Counted from the first letter of the whole stretch, positions 12,699 through 24,767 are shown. The stretch: DNA of 62,686 nt, filler included, from Chiloscyllium plagiosum (GCF_004010195.1; 3 parts of one record of this genome joined end to end with filler, not necessarily neighbours in it); one strand, 5' to 3'. Notes: generated by a model not told the origin, from the letters alone. Numbers and translations are program-made.

Positions 12699-13005
12699 AG
12701 TTTAAGTGAGTGGGCAAAGGTCTGGCAGATGGAGTCCAATGTTAATAGATGGGAAGTCATCCATTTTGATAGGAACAACAGTAAAAAGGACTATTATTTC
12801 AATGGTAAAAAATTGCAGCACGCATCTATGCAGAGTGACCTGGATGTCCCTGTGTATGAATCACAGAAGGTTGGCTTGCAGATGCATCAGGTAATTAAGA
12901 AGGCAAATGGAATTTTGTCCTTCATTGCTAAAGGGATTGAGTTGAAAAGCAGGGAGGTTATGTTGCAGCTGTGTAGGGTGCTGATGAATTGGGAAGGAAC
13001 TTTTT

Positions 13006-13228
13006 TTAGGAGAAAGTAAGGACTGCAAATGCTGAAGATCAGAGTTGAGAGTGTGGTGTTGGCAAATCACAGCAGGTCAGGCAGCATCTGAGGAGCAGGA
13101 GAATCGACGTTCCGGGCATAAGTCCTTCATCACGATTCCTGACGAAGGGCTTATGCCCAAAACGTCAATTCCCCTGCTCCTCGGATGCTGCCTGACCTGC
13201 TGTGCTTTTCCAGCATCACACTCGATTC
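13006..13228. mobile_element. Family A hairpin (head-to-head) PLE-derived element with 10-bp TSD
   Basis: Inverted arms around about 13135. Cores at 13139-13166 (+) and 13106-13133 (-). TSD ggaacttttt at 12996-13005 and 13229-13238. Confidence 0.85.
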
Positions 13229-13890
13229 GGAACTTTTTCACTCAGAGGGTTGTGAATCTGTAAAATTCCCTGCCCAGTGAAGTAGTTGAGGCTGCCTCAC
13301 TGAATGGTGTTAAAGCTAAAATAGATAACTTTTTGAATGGCTAAAAAAATTAAGGGTTATAGTGAAAGGGCGGGTAAGTGGAGCTGAGGCCACGAAAAGA
13401 TCAAGCATGATCTTATTGAATGGCAGAACAGGCTTGAAGGGACAGGTGGCATCATTCTCCTGGTTCTTATGAAATTTTATGAATTAAGACCTTCCAGCCC
13501 GTCATGCTACTAACCCTCTCCTCAGGAAGTCAGTAATAATGTCTGATGACAGTCCCTGATTTATGCTATGGTCAGGAAGGCAGCGCCTATGTCTTGGAGG
13601 GCACCCAGTGTTGTGAATCGGCTGCTGATCTCCTTCTGATCTATTAGACCGTTTTGATTTAAAAACAGTTTTGTGGGGCTGTTGAGGCATGTGGTCAGGA
13701 CCCAAATTATTCATGTTTCTCGCACCACTTTCGACATCCAGAGTTAGGGTTTCACCTTAAAAAGCATAAACCGAAATAAAATGGGTCTTACTCAATGATT
13801 GTTGAAGCGTGATTGAATAAAATCCTGCACAGGCTTTAAGCTGTGTTGCTTGGCCGTGTGAAATAGTTTGATTATTTTTTATTGTACCAG

Positions 13891-14048
13891 GCCCCCAGGA
13901 TCATGGCTGGTGTTCTTCCTATGCTTGCAACAAGAGAGCCTCAATCTTCCACGCAGTTGTGGCCACAAACAAGCCATACGAGTTATATTTCACTGGCGTT
14001 AGCCCTCAGAACCTACGCATAATTCTTCTCAACGCAGATGACAGCAAA
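13891..14048 (+). CDS. PKHD1L1: PKHD1L1 internal coding exon, phase 1-0
   Basis: Acceptor ttttttattgtaccAG, donor GTAAGG. Translates GPQDHGWCSSYACNKRASIFHAVVATNKPYELYFTGVSPQNLRIILLNADDSK. Not in the ORF track; read by hand. Confidence 0.95.
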
Positions 14049-14159
14049 GTAAGGAGGTGTTGATGCCAGAGCTCATGTTTTATATACCTTGTTTGCCCAA
14101 TTTCAGTACGTTTTTCTCATTAACCAAATGCTTAAGTACAACATTGCCTAATTGGTCAG

Positions 14160-14374
14160 GTGTGTGTGTGTTTGTCTGTGTGTATGTGTCTGTGGTGTGT
14201 GTGTCTGTGTGTTTGTCTATGTGTGTGTGTGTCTGTGTGTGTGTATCTGTGTGTGTCTGTGTGTGTGCGTCTGTGCGTGTGTGCGTCTATGTGTGTGCCT
14301 CTGTGTGTGTGCGTCTATGTGTGTCTGTGTGTGTGGTATGTGTGTGCGTCTGTGTGTGTGTGTGTGTGTGTGTC
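14160..14374. repeat. Compound (TG)n microsatellite
   Basis: Visible TG dinucleotide run with interspersed TC/TA/CG units. Confidence 0.95.
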
Positions 14375-15535
14375 TGAGGACCTGAGGCTCACCGAAACAG
14401 TTGGCAACAAAAGGGTTATGCACAAGAGGAGGCAACGTTAACCTCACTCATCCTTCAGTAAACTGCACCATTTGGTAAAACTTTAGTTTTACATCTTACC
14501 CAATTTTACACTGGTTAAAATTAATATTGGTTGGGTCCAATTCCCTTGAGATTCAGATCTGGAAAGATGAATTAAAATTTCTTGCATTCACTGAGAAAGA
14601 GGTGATCAAAGGCATGAAGGAGACTGATGGTGAAAGAGTGAAGACATGGATGGAGAGGGATTCATACTGAGCATAGTCTGGTGTGGGAGTATCAGTGTCA
14701 GTGCATGAAAATGGAACCCCTTTGCTAAACCAGTGAATGACAAAGACACAAATTCTGAACACTATCAGCACACAGTGAATCTGAACCTTAATTTTTATTC
14801 TTCATATCTTTACCTTGCCTGATGCCTAGTGCTCGGTTCCCACTGCCCTACATCTTGTCTGCTATTGCTATTAATCTCTCGATAACCCACACATATTCAG
14901 GGCATTGTATAGACATCCCAGGAAGATTCAAACATTCAGCACCAGGAGGGTTTGATAAAACATCTTTTTATTTTGATTCAAATAACATTTGGATGGTGTA
15001 AAAATAGATCAGAAACAAATCTGGATTCTAACTCTCAACCTTCCCCTTATCCCCCTTAAAATTGGGACCAGGGGATTAGAATTAGACACCTGCGGGACAT
15101 GTGATAGAATATGTGACAAATCATTTCACAATTTAAAATGGGAAATCGTAGGAAAGTGCCAGCCTCAAGCATGACCAAGAAATATGGCGTACACAGGAGA
15201 TAATTACCTGTTATCTTTTAACGAACATGTACAAATTATTACGTTGATGATAAATTCTGAAATAGGTTTTTGGCTATCTTGAATTTTTTATTTGCTTGTT
15301 GTATTGTTATAGACAGAGTGTGAGGTGTTTAAAGCCCACAATCAAATAGGGTGTTTCTAAAAGGGATCAGAGAAGGGTTAACTCCAGCATTTTTTGGGGA
15401 AAATGTAACAGAGAGTCTACAAGTTAAATAGCCACGTATCACATTTTGCATAAAAAGAAAGAAATGCATTTATGTGGCAGGAAGTGAAAGGTAATAAATT
15501 TGAAGCTAATAATCATTTTTGTTATTTAAAAAAAG

Positions 15536-15671
15536 GTTATACGTTTGGCAATATATTACTCCACATCTCAACGACTGGATGTGTATGTGAATAATACCTT
15601 CGTACCCCCTACTAATGCAAAATGGAATGCTGACAAAACTGACTTCACACTAAAGGGCCCAACCTATGCAG
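15536..15671 (+). CDS. PKHD1L1: PKHD1L1 internal coding exon, phase 0-1
   Basis: Acceptor tttttgttatttaaaaaaAG, donor GTAAAC. Translates VIRLAIYYSTSQRLDVYVNNTFVPPTNAKWNADKTDFTLKGPTYA (QRLDVYVNN motif). Confidence 0.92.
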
Positions 15672-16371
15672 GTAAACCAACATCAAACCGTTTTCTTTAT
15701 GAATCACCTGGATACTGGCAATAAGTGCACCAGACTTCAAGTGAATCTGAAATGAAATGAATGTCTCACCAACTGGACTTAGTTGAATGTAACACAAGCA
15801 TTAATAACACTGAAATAGGCCTTTTGGCCCAAAAGGTGTTTCTGTTCTTCTCAAGTCTCCTCCCAAATATCTTCATCTTACCTCACCAGCACATCCTTCT
15901 CTTCCTTTCTCCATCATGTGTTTACCCAGCGTTCCCTTAAATTTGTCTAAATGATTCACCTCAACCACTCCGTATCTAAACAAGTTCCACATTCTCATCA
16001 CCCTCTGGATAAAGGTGTTTCTCCTGAATTCCTGATCAGATTTCTTGGTGACTACCTATCTGGACACTTGTTTTGGTCTCGTAATGAATGGAAACATTTT
16101 CTCTGTCACCTTGTCAAACCTTTCTGTAACCTTAAAGAACTCTGTCAGAGCTCTGTGTCTTTTCTGGGAAAAAAAAAGACACTAATTTTTTTTTGATGTG
16201 TACTGCCGCTCACTTCTGATGTCATTCTTGCAGATCCTTTCTGCGCCTTGTCCATTGTTTCTTGATCCTTTTTAGAACACGGTGACCAGAATTGTTTCAC
16301 AGTGTGGTGCAACCCCACGGTTCTATATTAATATAATTGTTTTCTTGACACATCTCATTATGTCTTCACAG

Positions 16372-16740
16372 GAGAATTCACTCCCAAGTTGGACTCCTCT
16401 GTCATTGGAGAAAATTACTTTGACAGAACCTATCAGATGCTTAACGTTCTGGTGAGAGGATCAACTCCAATTGAAGTGCATACAGCTCCTGTCCTTCACA
16501 TCTCCTTTAATCTACCTGCAATGACCGTGGATGAATTTTATGGCCCCAATCTAGTAGAAAATCTTGCCCTGTTCCTTAATGTACCTCAAAGTAAGATCCG
16601 CATTACTAACATTGTGCGTGAGACAGGGCTCCGCAGGAAGCGTGCTACAGGGATCACAGTTGAAGTGGAAATCAGAGACCCACCGTCAGAGCATTTTTCT
16701 GTGGACAATAGTAACTCTACCAACACCACCTCTACTGAAG
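16372..16740 (+). CDS. PKHD1L1: PKHD1L1 internal coding exon, phase 1-1, containing RRKR dibasic motif
   Basis: Acceptor tgtcttcacAG, donor GTAATC. Translates GEFTPKLDSSVIGENYFDRTYQMLNVLVRGSTPIEVHTAPVLHISFNLPAMTVDEFYGPNLVENLALFLNVPQSKIRITNIVRETGLRRKRATGITVEVEIRDPP...STE. Confidence 0.95.
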
Positions 16741-16843
16741 GTAATCAGAGACTTTGTACATCTGCTGCTCATCACTTTGTGTGTACCTGAAGAATGATAT
16801 CCAGTGTAATTGATGATGAGCTCCAGGATAAGTAATCCAAATA

Positions 16844-17290
16844 CAGAGGAACCTTGATTATCCGAACGACATGGGCAGCCAATATTTCATTCGGGTAATT
16901 GATTATTCGGTAAATTGATTCAATGCCTCTCCCCTGGAGCTCGGAGATTTCAGAAGTTTTCTTTTCCCTCGCTCTGCCAGCCTTGCTCCCTCTCTCTGTC
17001 TCAGTTTTTGTTTCTGAGCAGAGACACACTTGTGTGTAAGGGACCTGCAGCATTGCTGAAGCCCCCGCCTCCCAAATCAGTTTCAGTGGGATTGAAACAG
17101 CAAGCACTTGCTAAGTCCGCTCCCTGTTCAGAAGATTAGGCAGCAACACACCACGCGCAAGACCCTGCCACCCTGTCTGTGCCCCTGACTCCTCCCCGTC
17201 TGTGCCCCTGACCCCTCCCCGTCTGCACCGCCCAAACCCATCCAACACCAACCCCCGTCCACCCTTCCCACTGTCCGCACTCCCAACCCC
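16844..17290 (+). mobile_element. Tc1/mariner-pogo (Tigger-like) DNA element, left end, running into the gap
   Basis: TA then cagaggaaccttgattatccgaac, a Tigger-like terminal motif. Internal C-rich short tandem repeats at 17165-17290. Right TIR not seen. Confidence 0.5.
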
Positions 17291-17390
17291 NNNNNNNNNN
17301 NNNNNNNNNNNNNNNNNNNNNNNNNNNNNNNNNNTTAATTAATTAANNNNNNNNNNNNNNNNNNNNNNNNNNNNNNNNNNNNNNNNNNNN
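17291..17390. other. Assembly gap, 100 nt (44 N + TTAATTAATTAA + 44 N)
   Basis: Directly visible; artificial spacer. Confidence 0.99.
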
Positions 17391-17825
17391 GAGGGCATAG
17401 GTTTAGGGTGAGAGGGGAAAGATATAAAAGAGATCTAAGGGGCAACGTTTTCACGCAGAGGGTGGTACGTGTATGGAATGAGCTGCCAGAGGATGTGGTG
17501 GAAGCTGGTACAATTGCAACATTTAAGAGGCATTTGGATGGGTTGGTGATATGGAAGGGTTTGGAGGGATATGGGCCGGGTGCTGGCAGGTGGGACTAGA
17601 TTGGGTTGGGATATCTGGTCGGCTCGGATGGGTTGGACCGAAGGGTCTGTTTCCATGCTGTACATCTCTGTGACTCTATGTCCACACCGACCGTCTGAAG
17701 AGTAACCCACCCAGACCCATTCCTCTTTATTTACCCCTGACTAATGTACCTAACCTACACATCCCTGAACACTATGGATAATTTAGCATGGCCAATTCAC
17801 CTAACCTGCACATCGTTGGATTGCC
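17391..17825. mobile_element. CR1 3' end (+, to about 17680) abutting a partial HE1-type SINE (-)
   Basis: ORF 17408-17599 RGERYKRDLRGNVFTQRVVRVWN, then reverse-complement SINE sequence (ccaattcacctaacctgcacatc). Confidence 0.85.
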
Positions 17826-18319
17826 AAGCTTGTCCATCTCCCCTCATGCCAACTTTTGGGATGTCCAAACTGGACTCTGTATTAGAGAAGGAGATCAGCA
17901 AGGTTTCCTGTTCTGACTGTTGTCTAACACCATGACTAGAAGGGTGTGTACACAGAAGAAAACAGCTTTGCACATTGTTTTTGGAGGTGTTCTAAAGCAA
18001 GCGTTTTGTGCAATCAAAATCAAGCACGCAATTTATTTTCTGGCTAAGGTTTCTAATTAGCCTATTTCTCAAACATTTTAAATGAAGTAGTAAATAATGA
18101 TTTTGTTCTTCCAATCACACATATTGTTGATGAAGAATCTGTCCATCACAGTATTATTCTTTGATGACTCAATAAAGCAGTAGAGTAGCTTTCCGTAGAA
18201 CTCTTCTGGATGCTATCCTCACAGTATTTTTTCATCTTGCTCAGTAATGCATTGCGCTATCAGTTTCAAAATCTTTAGGTTGTTAAAGTTGTTGCTCAAA
18301 TGCTGAAAGTAACTTTTAG

Positions 18320-18595
18320 CCTCAGGTGTCTGTGTGGAGTTTGCACATTCTCCCCATGTTTGCATGGGCTTCCTCCAAGTGCTCAAGCTTCCTCCCACAA
18401 TCCAAAGATGTGCAGGTTAGGTGAACTGGCCATGCTAAATTGCTCATAGTATTCAGGGATGTGTAGGTTAGGTGCATTAGTTAGGGTAAATGTAGAGTAA
18501 TAGGGTTGGGGAATGGGTTTGGGTAGATACTCTTCGGAGGGTTAGTGTGAACTTGTTAGGCCAAAGGGCCTGTATACACACTATAGGGATTCTTG
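18320..18595 (+). mobile_element. HE1-type SINE, 5'-truncated
   Basis: V-domain ctgtgtggagtttgcacattctcccc plus SINE tail. Confidence 0.85.
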
Positions 18596-18643
18596 TGCCA
18601 AGCAATATTTTGGCAGTTTTTTTTAGACTGTCATAAAATAATC

Positions 18644-19253
18644 TGTGACTTTGCTGCTTCGTTAAGAAGGTTATGTTGTCCTTAGTTTTTCAAATGGGTT
18701 CGTAAAGGCAGAGGTTACAAAATGTCTAGAAATACTTATTTGAAAAGGCCTTTAAGCTTTTTCTTAAAATACTCATGTACAATGAAAGGGGAATGGCCAA
18801 TTCTACCAGTTCAGGGTTTTTGTTTGGTTTTAGCAAGCAATCTATTTGGAGTTGCTGGTCAGGTTTTGGCTGGGAATCCAGAGAAGCTGTTACACCCAAA
18901 GAAAGAGCCCCATATTGATTCTCTCTCTCTCTCTAACACGTCTCCTATTAAAACCTGTGTTTGATTTTATCTTCGTTTTTGCCAAGGAGGTGTTTATGGG
19001 GATGTTGCAGGTATTTGGAACAGCATCATTAAGATGTGATAGAGTTGATTGGGTTTTCAAATAGATTAAGTTATCCTAAATTTGGTTCTCTTTTGTTCGT
19101 GTTTCATTCAGTAGTCTGTAAGTTCTGTTTTGTTTAAAACCGAATACTTGGGCCTGAAATATCCACTATACACCTGCATAAAACAACCAGAAAAGTTATG
19201 GTCTGGGCTACCTTCTTGAACTATTTTGAGGAGATCTGGTCTCGTTCATAACA
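18644..19253 (+). mobile_element. Solo LTR, LTR family A, TG...CA with perfect 4-bp TSD (AATC)
   Basis: Begins tgtgac, ends cataaca; aatc at 18640-18643 and 19254-19257. Homologous to 25064-26069 and 38899-39674. Confidence 0.8.
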
Positions 19254-19734
19254 AATCTCGTCTAAAAGCCATGAAAACTTTAATTATGTATTATCTTGAA
19301 TTTAGATGACTTCTTGCATTGTTTTTGTCATATTAATATGTGATTATTGGGACAATACTTTGCTATCTAGACTGGAGTTAAGGAAAACTTGATGGTGATG
19401 AGGCTTTCAAGGAATACTATCCTTCAAGGAAGTCTATCTGAAATTTTTAAACCACGCATATTCTAAATAACTAAATACAGTCTCCAAATTCACTTGAAAG
19501 CCACTTGTAATTGGATCCCACAGAATGGAAGCTGGTGAAGGAGAAAAGTCTTTACAGGTATCCTTTCAATAATCAAAGAATCTAATTGAAGGGTCAAATG
19601 TAAGTTAAATTATAATTAAGGTTGGAGGGAAAAAGGATGTTGAAGTACTTATGATATATTATTATAGGATTAAAAAGAGGGCTTGCCATGGAGGTGAATG
19701 GGCATGAATTTGTGCTATTATATGAGTGTACATG

Positions 19735-20300
19735 TTAGAATTAGCTTATTGTCACATGTACTCACATGAGTACACTGAAAAGTTTATAAATTGTCAGTTA
19801 TGGTGCTATCTTGGGTGCCAAGGTAAAAATTCCAGCAATGAGTTAAAAATTTAGAGAAGTAAACGTTCAGAATAACAGTCCTTTCAACCCAGACTGTGCC
19901 AGCCTTCACTTCAATGCCGGGAGTGCTGTGAGGGAGTCCTCACTGAGGCCAGGAGCTGAAACCTTCACTGAGGCCGGCTGCTGGAGCTTCGCTGAGGCCG
20001 GGAGTTGGAGCCCTCGCTGAGGCCAGGGTTGGAGCCCTCGCTGAGGCCAGGGTTGGAGCCCTCGCTGAGGCCGGGGGTTGAGTCCTCTCTGAGGCTGGGA
20101 GTTGGAGCCTTCGCTGAGGCTAGGAGTTGAAGTCCTCCCAGGTCCTTGTTCATGCTGAGGCCAGGAGTCTGCGCTGGCTTTTATCCTGGACATTGGCGAT
20201 GCTGCTGGAGGTTGGGATATAAAAAGAAAGAAATAAAGAAAATAAATGGATGGAGTAGATGAGCTCCAGCTCAGGAGTTCTACTCTGCTGCCTTCTTGAT
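19735..20300 (-). mobile_element. Putative non-autonomous retroposon with internal 24-bp tandem repeat
   Basis: About 9 units of gagccctcgctgaggccagggttg (about 19930-20170). Minus-strand 3' end ...ttttcagtgtactcatgtgagtacatgtgacaataag resembles fish LINE tails. Family assignment is inference. Confidence 0.5.
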
Positions 20301-20439
20301 AGATATCTGAAAGTCTTCGAGGCTTCCTCCCATCAATCCCTCTGTCTTAATAGTCAATGGTTTAAATACAAGTATAACTTCTGAAGTTGCATCATTCTGG
20401 CAGCTGGATTCTTGATATATCTAACATCAATGGTAATAT

Positions 20440-20685
20440 TTGTGGAAAAAGTTTTCTCTCAGAGAGTGGTGCATGTATGGAATGAACTGCCTGAGGAAAT
20501 GGTGGAGGCTGGTAAATTTATAGCATTTAAAATGCATCTGAATAGGTATATGAATATGAAGGGTTTAGAGGGATATGGACTAAATACTGGCAAATGGGAC
20601 TCAATTGATTTAGGATACCTGTTTGGCATGAATGAATTGGACCGAAGGGTCTGTATCTGTGCTGTCTACCTCTATGATGTGCTTA
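20440..20685 (+). mobile_element. CR1 LINE 3' end
   Basis: Translates FSQRVVHVWNELPEEMVEAG...LEGYG. Confidence 0.85.
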
Positions 20686-23600
20686 GGCCAAAATTTAATG
20701 CATCTCCAAGAGCAAGGTGGGAGTGTAGAAAATTTAATATGGTACAGAGGTACAGGATGTAGAGCTCGATTCTCCAAAGTTCCATTTGAGATAGAAAAAT
20801 TAATGTTGACTTTCTTGCCTCAAGGCCAGTTAAGGGCTTAAGGGTCTCAGCGAGTTGCTACTAGTATAATAGCCCATGGAAACTTACCCTTCCCCTTTAA
20901 ACTAAAACCTACTGGGATCAGTGAAGCTCCCTCACTTCCTTGCATTCTGAAGTTTCATCTCCCAGTGAATTTTGCAGTACCAGCACTAGCCACCACTCCC
21001 AGTGGTGCTCCTGGCACTGAAAAGGCTGTCGACCTTTGATTATTGAGCAAGGTGGGCCATGCGTTGTTAGGGACCAAGGAAACTTAGTGTTAGCCAGGTA
21101 TATGTCTAGCCAGGTATATGTCTGATGTGTTTTTAGTTAAGTTGGGGAACTTAGGAATTGTGTGAGAGAAGTTGCTATTGCTTCTTCAGCTAATGCATTG
21201 ATCCATTACTGTACATTAAATCTAGGCCTAGTTTCACAGAGTAAAATCAACAACAAATCTGTTGAAGATTTGTGGTACCCTCTATAATAATGCTTGCAGT
21301 CTACTGCATCACATGCATGGCCCTGCTGGTGGCAGCACAGGCCTCCTTCATAAATCATACATTTACAATCTCCATCACTTTCCAAGAGCACTTGTGATCC
21401 AGGACAAGTAGAGGTAGGGGAGGTGGATGGGTAAAAGCTTCTGCTACCAGCACCTCTCAAGTTGCCTTGGTATATACATGGCAAGATAACACTGGCTACG
21501 GGTATCTGCGAAGAGGGATTTAAAGGCCTACATTGTCTGCAGTCAGGGATGTCAGTGGACATTTGAAGGATATGGTCTTCAATGGCATGCAGCTGCTACA
21601 ATAACCAGTTACCATTCATATCAGCACCAGCCATGTACTGTGTGACTTGTGGGTAATAGCATGCTTCCACTATTACCTCTTTCATTTGTCTGGGTCTAAG
21701 GGTTTATTTCGTTTATAGTGGTAGATGATTAACTGAGTATTAATAAGAAGAGGTTCTTATCTGAACATGATTCATGCTAGTAATCAGGTATAAGTTACAT
21801 TAGTTTTTTAGAAACTGTTACTGAGGCTCGATAAGATCCTAAGATGTTCAGTCCTTTCCCTACCCAAGCTAGTGTGACTTCATCAGACTGGGTGGAGCTT
21901 AATGTAATCCCCAACATTAACCCTTTCAGTACCATTCTAGTGTACACCATGTGCCACCATACAACATGTAACAGATAACTGCAGACATGTCTCTGAGACC
22001 AAAGAAACCTCAGCATTCAAAGCAAGAAGACTCCAAACACGATTTCTCGCACTTCAAGAAAGTTGCAGTTGTGGTCTCGGAGTTGCATAGTCCGGCTGAA
22101 TAAAAGCACATACAGGAGCTCGCAATTCATCGTCAGTTCTTCAGCAAATAGTGTGATCTTTTCCTCAAAATGATCACTTCATTCCTGACTTAAGACTGAT
22201 CAGGTGGATTTCGCCTGCCATTTGCTTGCTGATGGAATAATCGTCTTTTAATTATGCCACAGAAGTCTTGGGAATGCACAAATGGCTATTCGCATAATTT
22301 GTCATCTGCATTTTGTAGAGTTGAGAAATGCGATATTATTGACACTGTTTTAGTTGATGGAAAGGTAGGCTGAGAAGTAGCTCAGTTACCTCTGACAGAA
22401 AAATATAATACAAAAGGAAAACATTTGGCTCATCATGCTTGTGCTGGTACTTTGAAAACATTATCCAATTGGTCCCACTCCACTGATCTTTCCCATAACA
22501 TTACTTTCAAGTATTTATCTAATTATCTTTTAAAAGTTATGATTTGAATCTTCTCCCACCACCCACCCAGGCTGTGCATTCTTGATCATAACAGATAAAA
22601 CACTGAAATAATTTCTCATCAATATGTCTTTGGCTATTTTTACAATAACCTTAAATCTTTGTCATTTTGTTACTGACCATTCTCCTACAAGAAATATTTT
22701 CTCCCTATTTACTCCATCAAAACTGACCATGATGTTGAGCAGCTTTATTGAATCTCAATTTAACTACCTCAACTGCAAAGAGAACAATCCCAGCTCCTCT
22801 TGCTTTTCTGCAGAGCTAAGTTGCCTCTTCTCTGACACCGAACCAATAAAGGTGTCCTTCCTCCCATGGTAGTGCCCAGAATTCAACATACTGTATGTAT
22901 ACTGTAGCTGGGGCCCAAACCATGTTTAATAAAAATGTTAACTTTTCAATCAATGACCTTTTATTTGAAATTTAACGAGGAAGTGCAAGCAATCCAGTTA
23001 CGTTATGGGGAGGTTCCCTGAGGCAAAGATTTTGAATGAATCTGAGAGTCCTGTAGACACTTAATGTGTCCTGACTTCAATGGGTTGAGCCTATTGTATA
23101 TTGTGAGCCATTGGTGTTTGTGTTCAAATGCATCTGTCTTTGCATTACAATGCTGACCAACATTTCAAACAGAGTCATAGAGAAATAACAGCATAAGCAG
23201 AAACTGTTTAGGTCACCATGTCCATGTTGGCTCTCTTTAGAAGAACATAATTAGTCCCTTTCTTCAGATAATAAAAATGAGAGGATGTACTTAGAGGAGG
23301 TAATTATCAGAAAAGATGGAAAAGATGTCGGATACTGTCTCTCAAAAAGAAATGGCTGATGAGGGATATTGCAAAGGACGCTAAAATTAGAAGGTGTTTA
23401 ATAAGTTGGATGTGAAAAAATATTTCCACTTATGGAGCGAGTAAAAAGCAAACATCTATAACTATCAGACATTCAAATGGAAATTTACTACTTGACCGAG
23501 TAGGAACTCTATAAGGTGTTGTTGAGATGAACCCAGCTAAATTTGCCTGCTTCTTTCCTGGAGACTGTCATTCTTTGTGATTGTAGATGCAAAGAAGTAA

Positions 23601-24309
23601 TCTTTATTCAACAGGCTTAAGTTCATTTAAGCTGATAACCTAAGTTTATGTCATAGAATCTTATTCCATTGAATTATGATCTGTATGCTGCACTTCCATG
23701 GCCAAGTATGAGACAATTACACAAAGTGTTACAGCATACCAACTGGTGTAAAATGCTATTAGTTATAAGAGTCATAAAACAGAGGCTAAATTACAGTCAG
23801 ATGTGGTTATGATGACCTAAGGTAATTAGGTTTGTGTTGATTACATCCAAACACTCTGTATAATACGTAGGTGTTAAAATTAGAACCAGAAAGCACAGCA
23901 AGTCTCTGCCTACACAAGCTCTTTTTATAGTCATTTAATAATTTTTTTAATGACACCGTAATTATATACCAAAATTCACTTCCTTGAACAATTACGCTGG
24001 AAAATCTCAGTTGCCTCTACTTTATTCAAATCCTGGTGAATGCATGGTGATTGACAGTGAGAATATATTGCATCTTGAATTGTGCTATTCCATAAAACAC
24101 AAAATAAAACATTGTTCATATGGCTCAGGGAGCATGGGTGTTTTTTCTCACTAAAAGAAAGGTTAAAAATGGCAGCAGGCAATTAACAGAAGGGAAATAT
24201 TTCTGCCACAAAATCTCACTACATATGGCTGAATACAGGTGTAATTGTGGGTCCAATCTGGCATCCTCGCAGCCCAAGTGAATTGCAGGTGTGATCATGC
24301 CAAATGCAT

Positions 24310-24765
24310 ATAGAGTCAGAGAGCCATAGAGACGTACAGCACAGAAACAGATGCTTTGGTCCAACCTGTTCATGCTGACCAGATATCCCAACCAAATCTA
24401 GTCCCATTTGCCAGCACCAGCCCATATCCCTCCAAACCCTTCCTATTTATATACTCATCCAATTGCCTTTTAAATGTTGCAACTCTACTAGCCTCCACTA
24501 CTTCCTCTGGCAGCTCATTCCATACACGTACCACCCTCTGCATGAAAAGTTTGCCTCTTAGGTCTCTTTTATATCTTACCCCTCTCACCCTAAACCTATG
24601 CCCTCCAGTTCTGGACTCCTTCACCCCAGGGAAAAGACATTGTCTGTATATCCTATCCATACCTCTCATGATTTTATAAACCTCTGTCAGGTTATCCCTC
24701 AGCCTCCGATGCTCCAGTGAAAACAGCCCCAAACTAGTCAGCCTCTCCCTATTGCTCAAATCCTC
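24310..24765 (-). mobile_element. CR1 LINE 3' fragment
   Basis: ORF 24370-24759 GLFSLEHRRLRDNLTEVYKIMRG...QRVVRVWNELP. Confidence 0.9.
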
Positions 24766-24767
24766 AA

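Larger units (their letters stand above)
11665..13480 (+). mobile_element. CR1 LINE RT/3' fragment interrupted by two PLE-derived insertions
   Basis: Decayed RT motifs (caaaaggcattcgagaaggtgcca; agtggtgtgcctcagggatc; aaatttgtggatgac). CR1 sequence resumes after each insertion. Confidence 0.85.

Noticed and set aside
13006..13228. Hairpin elements as MITEs or miRNA precursors
   Set aside because: Variable-length TSDs, unequal arms, single-arm relatives and the link of related repeats to GIY-YIG remnants favour PLE-derived retroelements.
14057..14447. Cys/Val-rich and His/Thr-rich ORFs (also 8082-8443)
   Set aside because: Translations of TG/CA microsatellites.
17335..17346. TTAATTAATTAA palindrome centred in N runs (also 45910-45921)
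   Set aside because: Identical 44N-12-44N layout twice; an artificial scaffold spacer with stops in all frames, not biology.
19906..20193. Repetitive ORFs and a CRISPR-like look of the 24-bp repeats
   Set aside because: Head-to-tail tandem units with no unique spacers, in a vertebrate genome.
21092..21124. 16-bp tandem duplication tagccaggtatatgtc
   Set aside because: Ordinary slippage duplication with no further structure.
21844..21978. Frame MFSPFPTQASVTSSDWVELNV as a PKHD1L1 C-terminal exon
   Set aside because: Only superficial resemblance; no matching upstream motif or suitable splice sites.
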